Shown one piece after another: positions 56,073-64,000 of a DNA stretch of 64,000 nucleotides. Under the pieces are notes generated by a model. The model was not told the origin of the DNA and did not search any database. It was given only the letters and a program-made list of their open reading frames with translations. Both the position numbers and the translations under genes were made by a program. Every line of letters starts with the position of its first letter. Within the stretch, counting starts at the first letter, position 1. Origin of the DNA: Phoronis australis (lineage: Eukaryota > Animalia > Phoronida); contig NMRA01000623.1 in NCBI GenBank assembly GCA_002633005.1, forward strand, positions 1 to 64,000, read 5' to 3'.

Positions 56073-58286
56073 GGATTTTCCAACGGCGGATCTTTCCTTA
56101 AATTTCTGGCGACAATACTAGGTGAACAAAGTTCAAAAATTAAACGTAAAGAAAATGTCGGAGGTATTTCTAAAGAAGAATTCGTTTAAGATCATGTATT
56201 GCTGAATTACGACGAAGCGGCAAAAACGTCTCGAACAAATGTCACCCTAGAGAACAACTCGCTTGAGATCCTAAGTTACTGATGTACAAATTTTTGCAAA
56301 ATTTTCTGTATCCGTTCTAATCGCTGATGACTTAAAAGTCTCCGTAGTTAAACGTTTACAAACAACCACTTACATTGTTCTATCAAACACCAAGCCCAGT
56401 ACAATACAGTGCGTCTACGAATGTCTAAAGGTTGTGGACGCCAACGTTCCCTAAGGCATAATATGGATACGTGCATAATTTACTACAGCGATTAACAATG
56501 ACGCATTTCGGCAAAAAATGGATTAGTGTTTGTTCCCAAAAGGTCATTGTGCGGTTCTCATTTCACTATGAAACCATGTATGGTATCCTTACTCGTGTTG
56601 TTGAGATCTATTGTGTGTTTGTGTATGCATAGGTAAAACATTCTCACAAATGAAGTATGAAAACATTACAGCTTCAATATTATTAAAAATTAATCCATGA
56701 GATTCTAATACGCGGCTTTGTAAGTAATTATTGTTCCTAGTAACTGAATTGCTTTTTGTTGTAATTTATAAGTCTGCCTAGGGGCCTACTGCAGACGCTA
56801 CTCGACAAGTCCAGCTACTGACTCGTCAGGTGCGTCTTGTGAAGTTGACCGTGCCATTGACAATGCGAGGCAACACTTGACAAGAATATCTTGTCTTCAA
56901 AATTATGTAAACACGCCGTTGTCATATAGAGTCGTGTTCACAACCAAAACTAACACGACATGGTTTTAGTTGTGTTTGCTGAAGTCCGCGGTAAATACGA
57001 CACAAATAATCGCAACAGTTACGTAATTGTCGCATAGAGCAGTGTTTATCAAGTTTTTAAGCAAATGAATATTTGAACTTCAAACATTATTTGTCAATGT
57101 TTCATTCATATTTGATTGTGACTTTTTGGAGCTGCATCTTACATTTCAGCTTCGCCCAGTCTTGTTATCATAATACAATTTTCATCAATCCCCGTAAGCT
57201 TAGTACTGCCGTGCGAGCCAGGAAAGGCTTACGACGTCGCAATAAGCTCACTTAAAAGGCAATTTATAATGGATTTGATAGAACGCTAGCAAACTTTGAC
57301 CCTTAGTTACGAAGCGGCGAAGAGATTATTACTAGGACTCTTAAAACAATCACTTCACCGTCTTCATATCCTCATGATAGCCACGTCTCCGGTGTACCAG
57401 CAGTTGCACAGCTTGTTAAACATTTCAATATTTAGAAAAATCGATTCACCTCCATCAAAGTTCGCTGGCGTGACGAATGCCGCCTTAAACAATCTTACAC
57501 GTGGTATATTAATAGTAATCGTGTCTTAATTTCATGGCACAGACAAAGATAGTAATTTTGTTTAATTTCTAAACAGCCCAGCTCAAAAAAGAAACATTTG
57601 AATTCCTCGATATCGCTTCTAAAGAAAATGATAGCAAAACAGGACACGCAGAAACACAATCTTGATAAGTAGATGCAGCTTTCTTCTGTCTTCAGTGCAG
57701 AAATGTGTATATTTATCATATAAATATGGCTTTTATCGTATGAGTAGAATAGTCTTATTGTGACGGCAGTGTTTGCTCAGCGCTGGTTTATACGTTACCA
57801 ATTAATGTATGTATATATGTATATATACATTGGGATTTTGGCGATGATTTATGCCACTTTGCTAACTGACGTTGTTCCGTTTAACTGTAATCTCGACATT
57901 GTTACTTTTATTTATGATGACTGATCTGACAAATTAACAAAATTTTAACACCTTTCGTCGTCCCGCAAACAAGCATCGGCTTTATGGTCATTTTGCGAAT
58001 TGCCATGTTGAAAAATTAGCAACAGAAAAGGTTACTAATAGGATAATTTTGGCACTTTCGACATTTCCCTGCCAATGTTGATGCAAAGTCCTTGGTTTTC
58101 AGATGTGTTCCCACATTGCGATGCCCCTCCCGTTTTTTTTTTGTTTTCTAGAGAACTTTATAAAATGGACGATAACGCTGGTCAGTTCATTTAAAACTTG
58201 TTTATAGAGAAAATGCTCTTTAAATGTGACATCACTTTTTGAAAATAAAATTGTTTGATATAAATTTTTTAAGTTTAATGCTTTAT

Positions 58287-58598
58287 CAGGGGCGGATCCA
58301 GGATTTTGAGTTGGGGGGCAGGGCACAGGAATAACCAGAATTTTGCCACATGCGCGCGCCCCAGCCTAAAAGGTAGAGATGCAGGGGTCTCGAATTTTTG
58401 GGTTTGTGGACCTTATTAATAAAAAAAACTGACCGGGATTTGTTCAAGGCCCATGCATTATGCATTCGCCCCACCCGAGTCCCCCTGGGTGCGCGCATAT
58501 GCTAGTCGGCAATTAGCACCCCGAACTGCCAAATGGTATCTGGGAGAATTTTAGTGGGGCCATGGCCCTCTTGCCCCCTCCCCCTAAATCCACTACTG
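58287..58598. mobile_element. MITE family B copy
   Basis: caggggcggatccaggattttgagttgggggg ... cccctaaatccactactg; collinear with 42099-42417. Confidence 0.75.
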
Positions 58599-61500
58599 TT
58601 AACCTACAGATGGTGCACCAAACAATGACTGCCAAAGTTGAAAAAGTTTAAGTTGCTACAAACCCATCTTTCAACGCAAAAAAAAACATAACTTTTGATT
58701 TATACCATTTACGGTCATGAAATTGATCTCAAATCGTTCGACATTGGTTAAATTAAAGGAGGTTTCGAAAAAAACGACAGTCCAATTGTTTCCCTTACCC
58801 CAGGCTCTGCAAATTGGCTTGTCATGGCGAGTCATTTTATGAGCTGCGTGTAAATTCAAGGGATAACGAACTGTCAGTTCTTTGCAAACTCAAAAATCAC
58901 TTCACAAGGAAAGAACAAGTTGAGACTAATTTCAAAGCGGTACGCGATCTTAAACAAAATTTCGAAATTCTTATATCGGCTTGGTTTATAGCTGTTTGAA
59001 AGCTAACGTAATTTATGAAATGTTTCTAACGCAGCGATATCTTTCGTATGATGAATCTTCAAGATCAGTCATTGGAACTAACCTGTTCCCGAGCGTTTGT
59101 TACGTCATCGTTTCCTTATGTTGTTCCATTGAATGACACCACCTACAACACAACAAAAATCATCATTTCCTTCTAACAATGTACTAAAAGGCGAACATAA
59201 GTTTTCTTTTGCCGGTTGCCTCACTTGGCGATAATTGAAAACTGGTTATGAAATACATGTCGCCTGAGGCGCGGCTATATTCCCTGTCTAACTTAACCAC
59301 TTCTATCACTTACTCTCTAATTCCTGAAATCGTTCGATTTGTTTACATTAATAAACTAGATCGTACACCTGGTATGCTTCCATTATGACGATGCAGAATA
59401 TAGATTTTACGATATTAACTAGTCGCTGTGTTGGGGATATTCAATCAGTCAAAAACATAACACTACCGTGGCCCATGTCTGTTGATAACGGACGTCTTTG
59501 TCAGTATCAAAACATTCATCAAACGTTTCAGACTGCACGGTCCTTCAAGGCTAGGAGATTGACACTAGGTCGCGGTAAGAAGTAGCGTTACCCGCTGCTA
59601 TTGTACAATGGGATTGAGAGAGGTCGGTTCATCACCAAACGTTTGCTGAATAAAAGATTTTATATCTCTTTGTGTTTGCTGATCCTGTTTACAGTTTGCT
59701 GTTTGGTAACAGGATATATAACAATTAGTATATTATGTAATGTTCATTTGGTCTGTAATCAGTGGTGATGAAATGTACCATTACCAACGAGGTATCACTG
59801 ACCGCTGTCATGATGCCAAAAATGACTACAAATTATTTTAGTAGCGGGTAGACAGCATGTTGTTTTTTTCGTGCCAATCGTGAATTAGTGGACACTTGAA
59901 CCCATGTTAGCATCAGTATTTAATGTGGGGACAAAATGAACCAAATGATTTTTGGACATATTTTAATGTATTGTTGGTCAAATGCAGCCGGTTCTTCGCG
60001 AACCGGGATGGCAAGTGACGTCACGTGTCCCCAGCGGGTGGACGCAGAAAGGTAGAAGAGAAGGGTTGTTGAAATTTTTGTTTTGAAAACAAACCAGTAA
60101 ACTTCAGTCATATTTACATACATTCGCTCATTTGTGTAAGTGGCTGTGAGCCTTGACAAAGCCTCACACAAACCGTATTGAATTTTAACAATTCTTCAAT
60201 CAACGTATTTTAACCCCATGTGATGAATACAGCAACTCAATCGTTATAGCCACGTGGTAATGGATATTTTACAGCCATGAACTAATAGAATCGACCGATA
60301 CTGTCTGTAGGGGGTTTGGTTACGTGAGTTCAATGTAGGATTAAAGGTGTGACAATTTCACAACAAAATTTGTTTGATTTTTAAGTTGAAGGAATGAATA
60401 TACACATAGCACTTGTTAATAACTGGGCACTCGTGTAGTTACATTGGTGAATAAACCAGTGCATTTCACTTAGTTATACCACGTGGTTCTTGAGATAAAA
60501 TTGTGTTAGCAAAAACAACGAACAAACACACTTGTGCAATTTTGAGTTTACTGTTGTCTGGAATACTCCGTTGTAATTACCTCTGCCAATACTTTTTTGA
60601 TTTGAAAATGACCCTCGACAATTAATTCAGAAAAAATTTCGCGACTTTATGTTCCTAGATGACCACGCATTATACCGATTAGTAGCACATTTTGCTTTCG
60701 CTTAATACCCTGATATCGGCTACTTTTATAATCGGGATTGGATTGGAAGTGGCGATAGACGTCTATGGCGTAGCGTAACACGCTGTCGCAACCATTTATG
60801 TGTCTTCTAAAATCAAACGTAAGTTAGATCACGTATATCGATTTACGATTAAGTCGCCTGAGTAAAATGTACACTAAGACATAACTATTGGACAGAATTA
60901 CTCTGGCTTAGTTAGAGAAAATCAATGGTTAACAAATAGAGCATTGTATTGGATTGAGTCAGGACTAAATCAAAGTATTTGAACTAAAGTATTGTTGCGT
61001 ATGCACGGGTATTCTACAAAGCTTTATCTTGATTGTAATAAATTCACCGCCGTTCGAAAACGCATATACCTCTACAATCGCTAGTCCCAAGATGGAGAAT
61101 CAGAAAGACTCGCATCCACACTATTGACTTTCATGAAATGATTTGAACCTAAACGTGTTGTCGCAATAATCCGACCCTCTAGTCGGGTGGTTTTAAACTG
61201 AAGCATAAAGCTTCGTTGGTTGCAATTTGCAAACTTTTCTCAAAAGGCTTTGTTTTTAGAACCATTTAGATGAATGTTTGTAGGTTGTCAGTGAAGGACT
61301 GGATCAACCGAGTATATAAATACTCAATCTTACAGAAGACCATTGTGGTTCACGCAACCAGAAATATCGGTTAAAGGATTTAGTAAACGCATTTGTAAGA
61401 ACGGAAATTAAATGTGTACATTAAAACACATATAGGCAGTTGGGTGACACTCAGTGAGAAGTCAATATAATATTGTTGTTTAATAGTTTTGAATTTTTAC

Positions 61501-64000
61501 TCCTTCGACAGTGAATTAGTTTCAATTCTGCAACAGAGTAATTCTACAGCAAATTTTGTCTCCACGGGCTTGTTCTTTCGTGTCCACCATATCCGAGATG
61601 TGTTGGGTTTGTCAACTTAACATTGACTGGTAGATTATTTAATGGGCTTGACGTTATTCAGGCGAGGGTTGTCAACTGCGAGCGTTAATGACTGCTGTTT
61701 CAATGTTCGGTGACGATTGAAAAATACACTATGACAGTCTATGTCTATGGGCCCCGGGTAAATCATTGTTATTTGACCAAACTTCCTGAGTTTATTTTCA
61801 TGTATTTTCACCAAGCATAGCGTAGACACTGTTACACAGTTGACTTGAACCTGATAATATCCCGCGAAATTACAAGTCTGACAGACGAACAAAACAAGTG
61901 AATGCTCTATTTCGCCCTAGGAAACTTCGACACAAAGAACGCTATATAACATGTATAAGCTTGATGAAATCTTCATGTTTTCGTTTAGTCATATTTCAAT
62001 TATCGTTCACTTGACTGGCATCTGTGCTGCTCAGTGCAGCTAGGTCTTCGCGCTTTTGGTTTCAATGATCCAGTATCTTCATATACCGGTTTTCAAATCT
62101 CGTGACCAGAAATTTCACTTCAGCAACTGAAAGTCTATTAGTTAAATAAGCTCATCATGTAATCAGGTCACGTGGGACCTTCTTTGTACTTAGCCAAAGA
62201 TCTACAAAACTAGAAATTTGAATTTAGCAGAAGTACGTGTTTTCTGAAACTTAGACTGTAGAATACGATTTTTGACTTTTAAGGAGTCTGCCATTAATTG
62301 AGTCACTTGACCAACCATGTCTTTTTAGTAAAATTTAGCGAAAAAAGAAAATTACATTCTTTGCAAAACAAAAGTGTCAAAATTTCTTTTGATAAATGTT
62401 CAAGACAAATTCTCAAAACGTTGTTACATTTTCGTTTTTGTTTTATTTAACATTTGATTTTCTCTTTATAAAAATCATAAGTCCTGTTTTTAATAGCCAC
62501 TCGTCCAAAAATGAAAAATTTTAAATGAAACTGTAGACAGCAGTGCATGAATTATGGTGCCTGAGAGTTTCATATGAATCTCGTCGATCAGCCATTTCTG
62601 AGATGTGATGAGCCGAAGTTAGGCAGATTTGGACATTTTTATAGGGTCCAACACAGCCTCATTTGAACAGTTTCCGCAATGTGAACTCTCACAGTATTCG
62701 TCAGTTCAATACAAACAATGGTTACAATGTCCTGAAACATTAGGAGTCATATTAACCTTCCAAATTAGTAGCCAGCAGTCCGAGTCTTCAAGAATTGAAA
62801 AATTCTCTTGTAAATGTTTCGGAAACCCGTGTGACGTCAGTAATAATTGTGACTTCTGCTTTAGTATACACGGCTTCTTTGGAAACATTGTCTCAAAAAA
62901 CTTGTTATCTTACTTTACGTATCATGCCATGTATTTGTACATATTTCTCTTCTGCTTTCCTTACATATATTTCTGTTATTTTTATAGGAAACTAGCATCT
63001 CAGCTAATGTTTATTCTTTATTCCCCTGAATCCGATCTAAAATAAAATTTATTATATTCTATTCTAATCTTTTCTATGCTATTCTAATTCCCCGGGGGTA
63101 ATTCACTCATTCTGTCTTACATCATCATAATTCCTTCTATTTGGTAAACTACGGGGACAAACCCCACAGTAGGCAACGGCGAACTGAACAGGAAAAGGAC
63201 TAAACCACGACTCGCCATGTTACTTAATGCTAAATAAACATACGAGGTGATTTGAATGTGTTCAGGTTACCGACGATGAGTTATCTGAAGGCTCATGCCT
63301 CGGCGACCCACACATCTTATGATAAGTAAAATTAAGCCACGACTTTCCTCTGTGCTATACTATAATAGCCGTGACAGTTACCACACTAAGCCGTCATGTA
63401 TTACCGTTAAGGTCTGCTGACCGTAGTAATAACGCTTTCGGGTACCAGTTGGTCACGCACAGGATTGAGTTGACAAAAATGTAATAAAAATCAGTGCGAG
63501 AGAAATGAGAAACACCTGAACACGCTTGTTAGGTAATAAATCTTAACTTCACTGTACACACGTGTGGCTTCTACTTTCTAACTATAACACTCAATACATA
63601 CCGTCATCTTGCCTTCATCGCTTCGTGTGCTCGTAACTTCAGGAGTTAACAAAGTTTGCTTTATGTCAAATCGAGGCTCAGGTATACTTGATTGTGTACA
63701 CACGTATGACAACAATGCGGTATCTAAGCGTATTAGTTGGGGAGACAAGCGCCACGGGTGGGCAGTTTGTAAAAGCTTTTGCTTGGTTTCTGCGCAACAT
63801 TATCAGCGGAATATCAATATTCGTGTGCATTTTGTTCAAGTAATTAGGTTTTCTAGTAAATACGAGTTTTGGTGAAATGACACCGTCACACTTATCATTT
63901 TGTGTATTAAAAATACACAAATGCGTTTTACAAATTGGGTAAAGTGGACCTGATTTGGGTTAGAATAAAAAAGTAGCATTTTGGGTGGGTGAATTCCATG

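Noticed and set aside
56200-64000. Short ORFs, including 62629-63045 (138 aa)
   Set aside because: No domain motifs and no splice-consistent exon chain found; the region looks like 5' intron or intergenic DNA with decayed repeats.

Overview
Eukaryotic, intron-rich, AT-rich animal genomic DNA (invertebrate-like; species cannot be determined from sequence alone) from a draft assembly of an apparently heterozygous individual. Five protein-coding genes can be rebuilt exon by exon from splice sites and reading-frame phase. They are the 5' end of a PLBD2-like phospholipase B (minus), ALG9 alpha-1,2-mannosyltransferase (plus, 15 exons, ~592 aa, head-to-head with PLBD2), a GT31 beta-1,3-galactosyltransferase (minus, single coding exon), mitochondrial alanyl-tRNA synthetase AARS2 (plus, 21 coding exons, ~984 aa) and an MFHAS1-like LRR-Roc-COR (Roco) gene (minus). 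Single-N gaps flank four near-identical tandem segments that look like uncollapsed haplotypes; one pair differs by an L1/Tx1-type insertion. Introns carry MITEs, a Helentron/DINE-like element, tRNA-derived relics and minisatellites. The most unusual signals are (i) repeated tandem amplification of exon-intron junctions themselves, creating arrays of decoy splice sites whose use would introduce stops, (ii) three phase-compatible candidate C-termini for the Roco gene, and (iii) a forward/reverse/forward cluster of a ~780 bp hairpin-ended element around an (AGCC/AGCT)n microsatellite. No CRISPR array, rRNA or intact tRNA was seen.
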